A stretch of 63,952 nt of DNA, the filler included, from Chrysochromulina tobinii (Eukaryota), in assembly GCA_001275005.1 (NCBI GenBank). It is 5 parts of 5 records of this genome, joined end to end, with 100 filler letters (N's around TTAATTAATTAA, not from the genome) between each part and the next. Parts side by side here need not be neighbours in the genome. Positions count along the whole stretch, not along the records: positions 39,012 to 61,558 come from JWZX01001432.1; positions 61,659 to 63,952 come from JWZX01001485.1; 3 more parts are not named here. One strand, written 5' to 3'. Position 1 is the stretch's first letter, and the number at the start of each line of letters is the position of its first letter. Shown piece after piece: positions 52,201 through 63,952 of the stretch. The position numbers and the translations under genes are program-made. The notes beneath the pieces are model-generated. The model searched no databases, was not told where the DNA came from, and saw nothing but the letters and a program-made list of their open reading frames with translations.

Positions 52201-55200
52201 ACCGGCTCGTCGCGAGAGCGGCGGAGGTGGCGGCCAAGGTGGCCGAGAAGAAGGAGGAGGCCAGGGCGGCCGTTTCGAGCCTCGTCTCCTGGGTCAAGGC
52301 CAAATCGGGCAAGTTTGCGGTGCCCGAAACGGCCGCCGAGACGGCGCCCAAGCCGACGCCGAAGCCGACGCGCGTGACCGACGTGCCGACGGTGCTCGCC
52401 CTCGCACTCCGCCTGCTGTGCGCGCGCTTTCCGCCACGCGAGCCGCGTGCGTCTTCGGAGACGTTGCTGCCGCTCCTCGGCGACGTGGCGATGGTTGTGA
52501 CGACCCTCTCGATGGGCCGCGACGAGGAGTCGCTCGACCACGTGGTGCTCGCGCAGCAAAAGGAGGTCGTCGGCGTGCTCGCGTGGCGCCTCTTCTGCCT
52601 CTTCGACCACCCCGACCGCGACGTGCAGCGCGGCGCGATCGCCCAGTGGGTGGCACTGCTCAACACGGCGCGCTGGCTCGAGCGCGAGGCCTTCGGCGAA
52701 TCGCCCCTCCTCTTCAATTGGCAGCCGTTGCACGCGGGCAACCTCACGGCCACCTCATACGGGGCCTTCGTCGAGGCGCACCACGCGGATACGGCCGCAC
52801 TCTTCCGAACGAGCATCGAGCTCTTCTCGATGCACGAGGAGGAGAGCTTGCGGTCCGAGGCGGATGCTTGGGTGGCGACGTTTACGCGTGAGCAGGGCTC
52901 GCGCCTTGCCGTTGAGCATGGCATGCGACGCGCCGCCGCCAAGTTGCTCGACGAGTGCCGTGCCTCCTCCGCTGGGCTCCTCGAAGGCTGCACCAACGCT
53001 TTCGAGCGTCGGCAGCGCGCCGTCGCGAGCGCCGAGATGGCGCGCGACGCCGACCACAGCCGAGCAGTCGGCCTGACGTTGCAGCGCTACGAGCTCGCCG
53101 TGGCCTGCTACACGCCCGCGCCGGACGACGTGCTGCGCCGACCTGTCAAGTGGGCTCTGGACGTGCATTGCGTCTCGGATCAGGGCATGCGTCGCAAGCT
53201 AGAGCGGCTAGTCGAGCCCATTGAGGTGGTGGCACCGCCAGCGCCGCCGCTGAGCGCAGCGCCGTCGCGGGCGCCGAGCTCGCCCGCCACGCCGTTGAAG
53301 GCGGTGCCTGTGACGGCCGCAGCGGCCTCGGGCGCTGTCTCGGGCGAGGCCGACACAGCACCGGCCGACGATCATGGCGCCGCCGCCATCCCCGTCGCCG
53401 GCGCCACCCCCGTCGCCGGCAGGGAGCCCGTGGGGGCGAGCGAGGACAAGGAGGCTGTTGACAAGGAGGCTGCTAACAAGGAGGCTGCTAACAAGGAGGC
53501 TGCTGACAAGGAGGTCCCTGCGAGTGTGGAGCGTAGCTTGACCCTTCCCCGCATGGCTCGTGGGCTGACCTTTTGGCTCGCGCCCAAGATCGAAGCTCCG
53601 GTAGGGGTGCCTGCTGGTCCGCAGGGTGAGCGGCTGACTGAATTGCTCGACTGCCCCTCGCTTCGCAAGCCGTCCGACGTGGTGAGCGTCGCGCACGTTC
53701 GCGGCCTCGATGCGGCCAAGGCCCTGCTCGCTCTGCTCCCCGGCTGCATTGCCCTCCTGTACGGATACACGCTCGGCACGCCCGATGCCGATGGCTTCCT
53801 CACCGCCATCCCGAGTGGCAACGCTGGCAACAGCGCCGGCGAGGCGCCCACGTGCATCTCGACGCCGTCGGCGGCGGCGGCCTCGGCCGAGGCGTTGCAG
53901 CAGCACCTCGCGCGGCTCGATGACGTGGCCGCCGTGCGGTTCGGGCTCGCGCCCCACGCGCCCAAGTACCGGCGCATCTCGTACATGGAGCTCGCGGAGG
54001 TGGCGCGACGGCGCTACCAGCTGCAGCCCTGGGCCATCGAGATGTGCCTGCATGATGGCGAGACGGTGCTGCTGTACGTGGTCGAGGGGGAGGCGGCGCG
54101 CGACGCGCTCTACGCACGGCTGCTCGCCATCGTGCCCAAGAACGGCGCCGCCGACGGCCTCGCCGAGCCTTCGTCGGGCGTGAGCGCGCTCGGTACGGCG
54201 CGCTCGTTGCTCTCGTTCACCTCCGAAAAGGCGGAGCTCATCGACGCGTGGCAGCGCGGCGCCACCAACAATTTCGAGTACCTGATGCAGCTCAACACGC
54301 TCTCCGGGCGCTGCTTCGACGACCTGATGCAGTACCCAGTCTTCCCGTGGGTGCTGCGCGAGTACGACAAGCCGGCGATCAACCTTCGCTCGCCCGCGTG
54401 CTACCGCGAGCTCTCGCAGCCGATGGGCGCCCAGACGGACGCGCGGGCGGCACAGTTTCGTCAGCGCTACCTCGACTGGAGCTCGTCGGGCGAGGACACG
54501 CCGCCCTTCCACTACGGCACCCACTACTCCTCCGCCGCGGCCGTCAGCTCGTACCTAATTAGGTTAGAGCCCTTCTCGGCCCTCCACTGCGCGCTCCAAG
54601 ACGGGCGCATCGACCTGGCCGACCGGCTCTTCCACTCCGTCGGCGAGGAATGGAAGCTTGCGAGTGGCGAGAGGGGCTCGGACACGGGCTGCGTCAAGGA
54701 GCTCGTGCCAGAGCTCTTCTACCTATGGGAGGCGCTGCTGAACCTCAACGGCCTCGAGCTCGGCCGTCGGCAGGACGGCACCGCACTCAACCACGTGGCA
54801 CTGCCGCGCTGGGCGCGCGGCTCGGCGTGGCGGCTCGTGCGCACCCTCCGGCAGGCGCTCGAGGCGCCGCACACGAGCCGCGAGCTTCCACAGTGGATCG
54901 ACCTCATCTTCGGGTGCATGCAGCAGGGCGAGGCCGCCGTGGGCGCTCTCAACGTCTTCCTGCCCGTCACGTACATCGGAGCCGTCGATCTCGCGAGCCT
55001 TGACGAAGGGCGGCGCGCCGCGGCCCTGTCGCAGATCCAGCTCGTCGGCCAGACGCCCCAGCAGCTGTGGACCAAGACGCCCCATCCGGCCCGCCAGGCG
55101 GCCGCCGCGCTCAATACGGTGCCGCTCATCCCCCTCCTTGTCGCCCTGGCCGCCAACCAGCACCTCCTCGCCACCCGAGAGACCTCGAGCGAGCCGCCGG

Positions 55201-56540
55201 CCAAGCTGCCCGTGCTAGGGATCCTAGTGAGCCCGGGCGGCGAGCGCATCACGCCCTTGCCGCGCCAATCGGCCGCGCTGCCCCGGGCGTCACTCATCGT
55301 ACGCTGGGGCTTTGCGGATGGCAGCCTGCGTTTCTACCGGCGTGAGAAAGGGAGCGCCACCTTCTTCACGCCCAACGCCGCCGCGCAGCCGACGCCCTCG
55401 CTGCTCATGGCGCGGCTGCACGGCGGCGAGGTGATCGATGCATGCTGCGTTTCGTCAGACTCGGGATGGCTCGCGACGGGTGACCGCACCGGCGGCGTGG
55501 CCGTGTGGCGCCTCAAGCACCGGCAGACCGGCGTGGCGATGCGCGCGCACGGGCGGCTCGCGGGGCATGCAGCCCCTATCGTGCACCTCGCCATCTCCGT
55601 GGCGCACCGCGCCCTCGCGAGCGTGGCCGCAGACGGCGTGATGCTCCTCTGGGACCTGCGCAAGTGCCTCCTCATGCATGCGCTGCGCGTGGCTCCGGAC
55701 ACGTCGGCGCCTCTCGGCGCTGGCGCCGCGCGCAGTGCAGGGGGCGGAGGGGGCGTGCACGGCAGCGGCAGCGGCGGCGGTGGCGGCGGTGGCGGCGGCG
55801 GCGGTGGCGGCGGCGGTGGCAGCGGCGGCGGTGGCAGCGGCGCCGGTGGCGACGGCGGAGCAGGATGCGGTGTCGGAGGCCTGAGTGGCGGTGGCGAGCC
55901 GTGCGCGTCGTCTCGCGGCGCCGTGGCGGGCGCCGTGGCGGCGCTGTGTATGATCGAGGAGACGGCGGAGACGCTCGTGGCGACGCCCACCCAGCTGCAG
56001 CTTTGGTCGGCCAATGGCTCGTTGCTGGCGGCGAGTCGCGATGCCTTCCCCCGCCCCACGTGCCTCACGCTGCTCCGCACGCCTGAGTGGATGGTCGAGA
56101 CACTGCCGATGGTGGCGAGCGGACACTTGGACGGCACGGTTCGCTTCTGGACCATCCGCGAGCCTCAGCAGGCGCCGACGCTGCCCGAGCTCCCCCGCGC
56201 GCTCTCGCGCCTGCCGGTGCGCGCCTTTGGCCTGCCTGCGTGGGAGCTGAGTGAGCTCCGTCCTCTGCGCCTCGAGCGCGCCATCTCGAGCGCCGAGGGT
56301 GCCGCGGCGGTGGCAGTCACAAGCGTGGGCGTCGGCGAAGGCTACGAGAAGCTCCTCTGGACCGCCGATGCCAGCGGCGGCGTGCGTTCCTGGCGCGTTC
56401 CCGGCGCTGAGGCCGCTGGGGTGGATGGAAGCACCAAACCGCCGCCGCCGCCGCCGCCGGATGATAGCCCATCCAGACCCAGGCTCGTGAGCGTGAGCAT
56501 GAGCGAGGCCAGCGAGAAGGTGACGATGATGCAGTTTTGA
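46225..56540 (+). CDS. BEACH-domain protein (ConA/LamG-like, PH, BEACH, WD40; LvsA/WDFY3-like), 3275 aa; introns 49051-49138, 49436-49510, 50325-50563, 51181-51266
   Basis: WHHVCLVH..VYVDG; RRRYQLQPWAIE; NNFEYLMQLNTLSGR..LMQYPVFPWVL, HYGTHYSS, KELVPELFY, WIDLIFG; WD40 repeats. Intron removal joins five ORFs in frame. Confidence 0.93.
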
Positions 56541-57340
56541 ACTGGGCGTCGGGGCGTGGGAACTGTGGTGTGTTTGAAGAGGTGACTCGTGCTCTGTGGG
56601 GCACGGCAACACCCCAAGTGCCGCTGCCGGCGGATGTGGAAAGCAGTGGGGTGCCGAGCACGCGGCAGCGGCGCCCCTGGCGAGTGGCCCTGGCCAGTGC
56701 GCGCCACGCGCGGCCCCGCGGACCGCGGCGGTGAGACGGTGAGACGTGACTCAAACACGATTCGCATGATTTTGTATGCGCTACTTCGACAGGATTGGGC
56801 GCGGGCGTGATCCGTTGATCGTCGGATCTGCCGAGTGCCGTGGGTGCGCGCCGAGCCACGAGCACGATCGTGCAGACGCTGCGCGACTCTGTCACACCGA
56901 CGTTTGGCCTCGTCCGACGCACCCGCTCCCGGCTCCCCCGCCGACGGTGGACGGACGGCAATGAGGAGTGCAGCCTCAGTCTGCGCTCGAGACTCGCACA
57001 CGAAAACGCGCTTTCGAGCAATCGAGGCAGGGTGGCCGAGGCACGAGGGACAAAGGGGGAGAGTCGGACCGGTCCGGCGGGGCCGGAACTTCGGACCGTT
57101 TCATTTGCCGGTTTGCGTTTCGGTCACTTTTCTCCCCTCACATCAAGGTTGCACGCCACAATCACACCACATCAAGCACACTCACGCCGCGCTCGCCTAC
57201 GCCACTTCACAGCACCCCTTTCCGTATTCCGTCCGCTACGCTCATACCGAGATACACAGGGCGTGAACGCAGTATCATTACCGCTCGCTACACACTAGTT
57301 CGCTCCGAGTGCCTTCAAGCTTCATGCATTGGCACACATC

Positions 57341-60300
57341 TCACAGTTGCAGCTGAAAGCCAGCCTTTCCTTGCACTGCTTTACGAATCGAGGCCTCCCC
57401 TTCCTCTTTGAGATAGTTGTCACAAAGACTGCGCGGCACAAGGGTCGATGTCTGATCAATCACTTTGGAAAAGCAGGGGAGTTCGAAAAACAGGGGAGTC
57501 GCAAACTTACTCCATTTTTGTCAGCGCGCCATTAACGCGCAGGGCGTCGGCGATTGCAGTGATGCCCTCTGCAGTGTAGGTGCCGCTGACGCGGCCGGAT
57601 GGATGTTGGACCACTCCGCAGAGAGCGGTTTTGGAGAGGTCCAGGCTCGTCAGCCCGCCGTTGACGCGCAGAGCGTCGGCAATCGCTGTGATGCCCTCTG
57701 CAGTGTATGTTCCTTGGCCATATTCATTGATGCCGCACAGGTGGTTGCCTGAGAGGTCCAGCTGCAATACCATTCAAAGCAAGCAAGGGTTAGAACATAG
57801 AAAAGGCTCATCTAGGGGGGTCAGAAAGCGAGCACCTGTGTCAGGGCGCCTGTGACAACGGCCTGTGACAGGTCCGACGCCAGCAGGATTGCATCAGGCG
57901 GCTTGAGGTTCTGCTTGGAGAAGTCAGCGGTGGTCTGGTCGCGCCGGATGCCGCAGAGCGAGATGCCCTTCTGCTTGGCGACCTCAGCGAGCATCTTGGC
58001 GGACTTCTTATTGAGCCGATTGCCCAGGAGGTTGGTCACCGTCAGCCCGCCGTTAACGCGAAGGGCGTCGGCAATCGCTGTGATGCCCTCGGCGGTGTAG
58101 GTGCCACCGCGATAGATCACTCCACAGAGTGCGTTGTGCGAGAGGTTCAGCTGCAATACCATTCAAAGCCAAGGCAAGGGTTAGAGAACAAGAAAGGCAT
58201 CTCGAGGGGGGCAGAAAGCGAGCATCAGCGAGCACCTGTATCAAGGCGCCATTGACGCTGATCAAGGAGGCGATAACAACCAAAGAGGCAACGCCAATAT
58301 TCTTGCGAGAGAGGTCGAGCGTCTCGACGGGGTCGGTGCCCTTGAGCTTCTTGACAGAAAGAGCATACCCGTCCAAGTTCACCTATGCACGAGGGACCTC
58401 CAGAAGTCAGTGCATGTGCTGAGGGAGCACAGCTGAGCTCAGCGTACCTCCGTCAGCGCGCCTGTGACAACGGCCTGTGACAGGTCCGACGCCAGCAGGA
58501 TAGCATCGGGCGGCTTGAGGTTCTGCTTGGAGAAGTCAGCGGTGGTCTGTTCCCGCTGAATGCCGCAGAGAGAGATCCCCTTCTGCTTGGCGACTTCAGC
58601 GAGCATCTTGGCGGACTCCGCATCCAGTTGATTGCGCAGGAGGTTGGCTACCGTCAGCCCGCCTGTGACGGCCACCATGGCCGCCACTGACTTTGCTCCC
58701 ACTGGACCGATGCCGTTGTCCTCGAAGTTGAGCGACGCGAGCTTGATCTCTTTGTTGCTCTTGATGGCCTCGCAGACTGCGTTTACGCCCTCATCCCTGA
58801 GGCTGTTGAACGACAAATTCAGGGCCGTCAGCGCGCCGTTGACAACAAGAGCGGCGGCGAGCTCCTTGATGCCCGTCATGTCCCTACCACGGTTAGTGAG
58901 ATGATTTTCGGACAGGTCGACGCTCGTCAGCGCGCCGTTGACGCGAATGGCGTTGGCAATCGCTGTGATGCCCTCGGCGGTGTAGGTGCCTTGTTGGTTG
59001 TGAAAGCTGATGTCATTCCAGATGCCACACAGATGGTTTCTGGAGAGGTCGATGCTTGTCAGCCCGCCATTGACGCGCAAAGCGTCGGCAATCGCCGTGA
59101 TGCCCTCTGCAGTGTAGGTGCCGCCGTAGGCGTTCACTCCGCAGAGTGAGTTGTTGGAGAGGTCCAGGCTCGTCAGCGCGCCTGTGACAACGGCCTGTGA
59201 CAGGTCTGACGCCAGCAGGATCGCATCGGGCGGCTGGATGCGCTTGTTGTGGAAGTCAGCGGTGGTCTGGTCGCGCTGGATGCCGCAGAGCGAGATGCCC
59301 TTCTGCTTGGCGACCTCAGCGAGCATCTTGGCGGACTCCGCATCGAGCTGATTGCCCAGGAGGTTGGTCACCGTCAGCGCGCCGTTGACGCCAAGAGCGG
59401 CGGCGAGCTCCTTGACGCCCGTCATGTCCGTGCCGTAGTTTGTGAGGTGATTTCCGGACAGGTTGATGCTCGTCAGCCCGCCTGTGACAACGGCCTGTGT
59501 CAGGTCCGACGCAAGCAGGATCGCATCAGGCGGCTTGAGGTTCTGCTTGGAGAAGTCAGCGGTGGTCTGGTCGCGCTGGATGCCGCAGAGTGAGATGCCC
59601 TTCTGCTTGGCGACCTCAGCGAGCATCTTGGCGGACTCCGCATCAAGCTGATTGCCCAGGAGGTTGGTCACCGTCAGCGCGCCATTGACGCTGATCAAGG
59701 AGGCAATCACAACTGAAGAGGCAACGCCAAGAATCTTCCACGAGAGGTCGAGCATCTCGACGGGGTCGGTGCCCTTGAGCTTCTTGACAGGGAGAGCAAA
59801 CCCATCCAAGTTCACCTATGCGTGAGGGACCTCCAGAAGTCAGTGCAAGAGGGAGCACATCTGGGCTGAGGAGCTCAGCGTACCTCCGTCAGCGCGCCGT
59901 TGACGCCAAGAGCGGCGGCGAGCTCCTTGACGCCCGTCATGTCATCACCGTAGTCGGTGAGATTGTTATCGGACAGGTCAACGCTCGTCAGCGCGCCCAT
60001 GGCAGGAATGAGATACGAAATGAGCATGACCGCAGGCCCACGGAGCCCCTTATTGCACAAGTCCAGCACTGGCAAGGTGTCCTCCCGCATGTGCTGCACC
60101 GGAATGCCGAATGCCACACCTGAGCCCGCACATGCGACGGCTGCGATCGTCAGCTTCAACGGTGCCTCTCCGTCGCCTGAGATGCAGCTGTGCAGAGCAG
60201 CCTTAGCAGTTCCACGAAGCAACGAAGGCGGCGGCAGCGGAACGTCAGCAAAGCCGAACGGGGGCGGCGGCGGAGCGTTAGCAAAGCCGCCGAACAGGCC

Positions 60301-61362
60301 GCCATCAAAAGGATTTGGGGCACCAAATGCATCAAAGCCGCCGAAAAGGCCGCCACCAAAATGATTCGCCTCCTGGACGCCCAGATTTGCGGCCCGTACT
60401 TTCGCCACGTCCACCACAAAGCCGTAGCCATGGAGGCGCGCCAGCCCTGGCAGCATCCGCCCCGCTAAGGCCGCGTCCCCGGGACGGCCGGCCTCGATGA
60501 GCAGCTCAACGTCCAGGTCGGTGATCTCTTCCAGATGTGTGGGTGCCGGCTGCCCGCGGCCACGGCACAGGCGCGAGCAGAGGGCATGCCGCGACAGTGC
60601 ACGCCAAAACCGATTCACGCCCTTGAGCTCGCACAGCGTGGCCACGTCCACCATTTCCAGGGCAGACTCCCTCGCATCCGTAGTGGCTGGCACTCCCGAG
60701 AGCGAGGGCTGCCGCAAAGGTGCGAGTGGTGCGGTGGAGCTGGCCACGCCGAGCTGCTGCGGCGCCTCGTAGCCTTCTGGCAGAAACGCCGACTCAGCGA
60801 GTGCCGCCTTGAGCTCGGCGCCATCAAAGTCGCTACCCGCGCCAAGCAGCGCACGGAGCTCGTCAGCATTCTTGCCGTTGACCCAGGAAGCGATGACAGA
60901 CTGATTGTGCTCGAGCAGCATAGGGGCATCCAGAAACAGGGCGCCCTCGACGTGTTCCATGAGCTGCAACAGCGAATGCTCATCAGAACTCGGCGACAAT
61001 GGATTGCCGGCGTAACCCTCGTATCGGAGCTCCTCAAACGACTTGTTTTGGTGTTGCTCCATCCGATGCACACCGGGGACGCCAAGTGCGCCCAGCATCT
61101 CCGGCATGCGAACCAGCGCGCGAAGCGTCGAGGCTGTGACAATGGGCACCGGATACACGCCGTCCTCGGAGCTGGCATCGTCCATGAGATCCTTCAAATG
61201 ACCAGCGAGTCGAGCCACCTCGCGAGACATCGTGACCTCTTCTCCGTCTCGCGCTCGCACGCGGATTGGCTCATCATCACGTGTGGCCTTCTTCGCCGCG
61301 GGCGCCTCTTCCTGCTCCTCGGCGTGCGATCCAGCTACGATCGTCTCGCCCGAGAGGCTCAT
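57341..61362 (-). CDS. SKP1-like + F-box-like + RI-type LRR (NLRC3-like) protein, 1215 aa; introns 59816-59883, 58383-58447, 58151-58235, 57762-57835, 57429-57510
   Basis: SKP1-like IRVRARDGEEVTMSREVARLAGHLKDLM and LFLDAPMLL..IASWVNGKNADELRALLG. F-box-like VATLCELKGVNRFWRAL. Repeated LTSxDLSxNxL / AIADALRVNGxLT LRRs. All exon phases are consistent. Confidence 0.85.
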
Positions 61363-61558
61363 CGTGCGTACACGCCGTAAGTCGACCAACAGATCGTTGC
61401 TTTCGCGACAGCGTTCTGTACCTGCGGTGAGCCGGGGGAGGCGACAATTCGGTGCCGGTAGAACCCCACAGGTGCGCCGGAGTCCGCGGACTCCGGCGCC
61501 ATTGGCCAGTACTGGCTGAGCTCTCGGCTGCCGACGCGGCCATCCCACCTGCGCGAAC

Positions 61559-61658
61559 NNNNNNNNNNNNNNNNNNNNNNNNNNNNNNNNNNNNNNNNNN
61601 NNTTAATTAATTAANNNNNNNNNNNNNNNNNNNNNNNNNNNNNNNNNNNNNNNNNNNN
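61559..61658. other. Artificial contig linker
   Basis: 44 N + TTAATTAATTAA + 44 N. Confidence 0.98.
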
Positions 61659-61676
61659 GCGCCCGAGCCGCCGCCC

Positions 61677-63952
61677 ATGGTGACCACGCCCAAAGGCAGG
61701 AAGCCGGCGACGCCGAAGGCGCCGAAGGCCCAGACGCCGGCGAACCCCGTGGACAAGGACCTGCTCTACGCGCTTTCTGAGAACGACCTAATGCACTTCG
61801 CCCCGCTCCTCGTCAAGGCCGGGGTGGTGACGAAACGGGCGTTCTTGAAGCACACGTGCGACGAGCTCTTCGAGTCGCTCACGCGCAAGCACGTCTGGCC
61901 GCACTTTAAGGCGTCGAGCGTCGAGGTCAGGGCCCTCATTTCCATCGGCCTGGAGGCACCGGCGACGATGACGCCGCCGAAACCCACGTGGGAGCAGGCG
62001 CTCGCGCCCGTCGCGCCGACCTCTACGGGCTCCTTCGGCGCCTCCTTCGGCGTCCCGAAGCCCGCGGCCGCCAAGACGGCTCAGCGCGTCTCGTTTGTCC
62101 CCGCGAGCGCCCCCCCGGGGCACCTGCCCGGTGCCTCGGAACCGATCCGGGTCTACGCGCTCGCACCGCCGTCACCATTGGCGCGCGACGTGGGCAACCC
62201 GATGCTCGGCGCCGTCGAGATGTCGCCGTACGTCAAGGCCCTCTTCGCGCGCGTCGCGGACTCGGAGCTCAAGCCCGAGATCTTCTGGAAACTCGCAGCG
62301 TCGCTTAACGGGCCGATGACGCAGGCGGCGATGGCCATCGACGACTCCCCGGAGGACGGCGTCGGCGTTCTCGAGCTCATCCTCGCGGATAGGCTCGGCA
62401 ACGGCATGGCCCTGAGCGAGCTCAACATGCCCGACGATGGGCTGCGCCAGGTCAAGAACCGCGTCCTCGGGTGGACCCGGGCGCCGCTCACGGCCCACGC
62501 GCCACCGGCATCCGCCTCGCACGGCCGAGACGGGGAGGCGCCCGCCCAAGAGGCGAGCATGGCGTCGCTAGCCGGCCTAGCCGTCGCGGCCGCGTCGGGC
62601 ATGGGGCGCCAGCACGACGGCAAGACCGGCGAGGAGACGTCTGCGTCCGAGTCTCGCCTGCAGGCGGCGTACGACGACGCGCCGGTGAAGAACGCCATCT
62701 TCGACCTGCAGCGTGTCATGTTGTCGGAAACGAAGGATGCCGACAAGCTGGCCGCGTTCAAGCGCGAGGTCGAGCGCAACGCGAAGCTCGCGCCGGTCCT
62801 CGCGTCTGCGTTCCATCGGCGCCCGCAAGGTGCGTTCGCCATGTCGCCGCGCGCGATAGAGCTAGAGGGGGCGGTCCGAGATGTCGTGTCGGGGGCGCGC
62901 CAGGGGATGCGTGCGCTGGCCGAGTCGCTCGGGACAGTGCCGCCCCACGCCGAGGTCGACGCGCTCCTCAAGGCCGTCCAGGCTGGGCGCCTGCACGGGT
63001 GCTCGAACGGCCAGCACAACTTGTCCCTCAAGATCGTCGCGGACGCCGGGGCAAAGATCGAGTGGCTGTCCCAGGCTGCGACGTCGCCGAAGCCGACCGG
63101 AGATGCTGCTGCGGTAGCCGTCGGGCGCCAACTCGCGATGACGATGCCCTTCCTCATGATGTCGTACGCGGCGCTCCACCCGTGGGACGAGACGGTGCGT
63201 CAGACCTTCGACCTTGTGAACGCGGCGATGGCTCGCGGTTACGGTAACTCGGGCGTGGCCTCGGCGGTCAAGAACGTACTGCTGCCGTTCCTGCGCGCGC
63301 TGGAGGAGCAGATGGACACGTTCCAGAAGAGCGCTTCGGCTACCCTCCCCAAGCTCGCGGCAGTCTGGGCGAAAGTCGTCGCGGTCGCGCCGACTAAGGC
63401 ATGGCTCTCGAGCGCGGAGTCGTCCTTCTCGACCGAGTCGAACAACTCCGAGAAGAAGGAGCTGCAGGCGCTTAAGACAGAGGTAAGACGGAGGTGCAGA
63501 CGGCGCTCGCGGCGCTCAAGAAGGCGCAGGCGACTCCGAAAGCGCCGTACAAGCCGCCGGGCACGCCGGCCGCGGCTCCAGAGGACCTCCGGAAGACCGT
63601 CGACGAGAAGAAGGCCGCCAAGAAGGCGAAGAAGGCTCGGCAGGCGGCCCGGAAGGCGGCGCGCGAGGCGGGTGAGGCCGTCGGGGCTGATACCGCGGAC
63701 GAGGCCGAAGATGAGTGAGTCGGCTACGCCCGTCCCGATGACGGGGGCCGGTTGCAAGGCGCGACCGGTCCCCCAGGCGGGAGTAACGACGAGATGGGCA
63801 CGTCAAGAGCGGAAGCGACCGAAATCAAGGATCGGCCAGCCGTCATCGTCACTTCCGAGCACGAGCTCGGAGGCGGCGCGGCGGCGACGTTCGAGACGAC
63901 GGACGCGAGGGGAGATGCCCCCGCGCTCGAGGCGCAGGCGAGCGCGCTCCAT
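61677..63952 (+). mobile_element. ORF1 (gag-like) of the DIRS-like element family seen at 4319-5200, frameshifted near its end, followed by the probable start of ORF2
   Basis: Long open frame from ATG 61677 (MVTTPKGRKPATPKAPKAQTPANPVDKDLLYAL...); absent from the ORF track because it never stops in the window. Its 5' end matches 4319-4415. An 11-bp duplication at 63473-63494 shifts the frame away from the natural Lys/Ala/Glu-rich end at 63718. Confidence 0.55.

Overview
This is GC-rich eukaryotic nuclear DNA, most likely from a haptophyte alga of the Chrysochromulina type. That assignment is an inference from ASAFAP-type bipartite plastid presequences, the NLRC3-like LRR family and the intron style. 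The window is five contig pieces joined by artificial N44-TTAATTAATTAA-N44 linkers, so adjacency across gaps means nothing. Genes found: GH27 alpha-galactosidase, a plastid-targeted Lys/Ala/Pro-repeat protein, two IQ-motif proteins, plastid MsrA, meckelin/TMEM67 (19 exons, rebuilt by hand into an unbroken 1111-aa frame), mitochondrial uS5, a PPR protein, a GOLD/SAM protein, a SLOG-SLATT membrane protein, a DWNN/U-box protein, a two-pore K+ channel, a gankyrin-like protein, a 3275-aa BEACH protein, a SKP1/F-box/LRR fusion, and DIRS-like retroelement pieces. The most striking signal is a recurring intron architecture in five unrelated genes on three contigs. These introns begin with a 12-44 nt copy of the downstream exon start, whose GT/GC serves as the donor. 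The copy is fused, often at a microhomology, to one of a few shared branch-point + AG cassettes. Some introns also contain stuttered donors or acceptors, zero-length AG|GT exons, or an internal copy of the spliced exon-exon junction. This looks like an active, introner-like intron-generating process with long, variable duplications and no terminal inverted repeats. All splicing is inferred from reading-frame restoration, not from RNA data.
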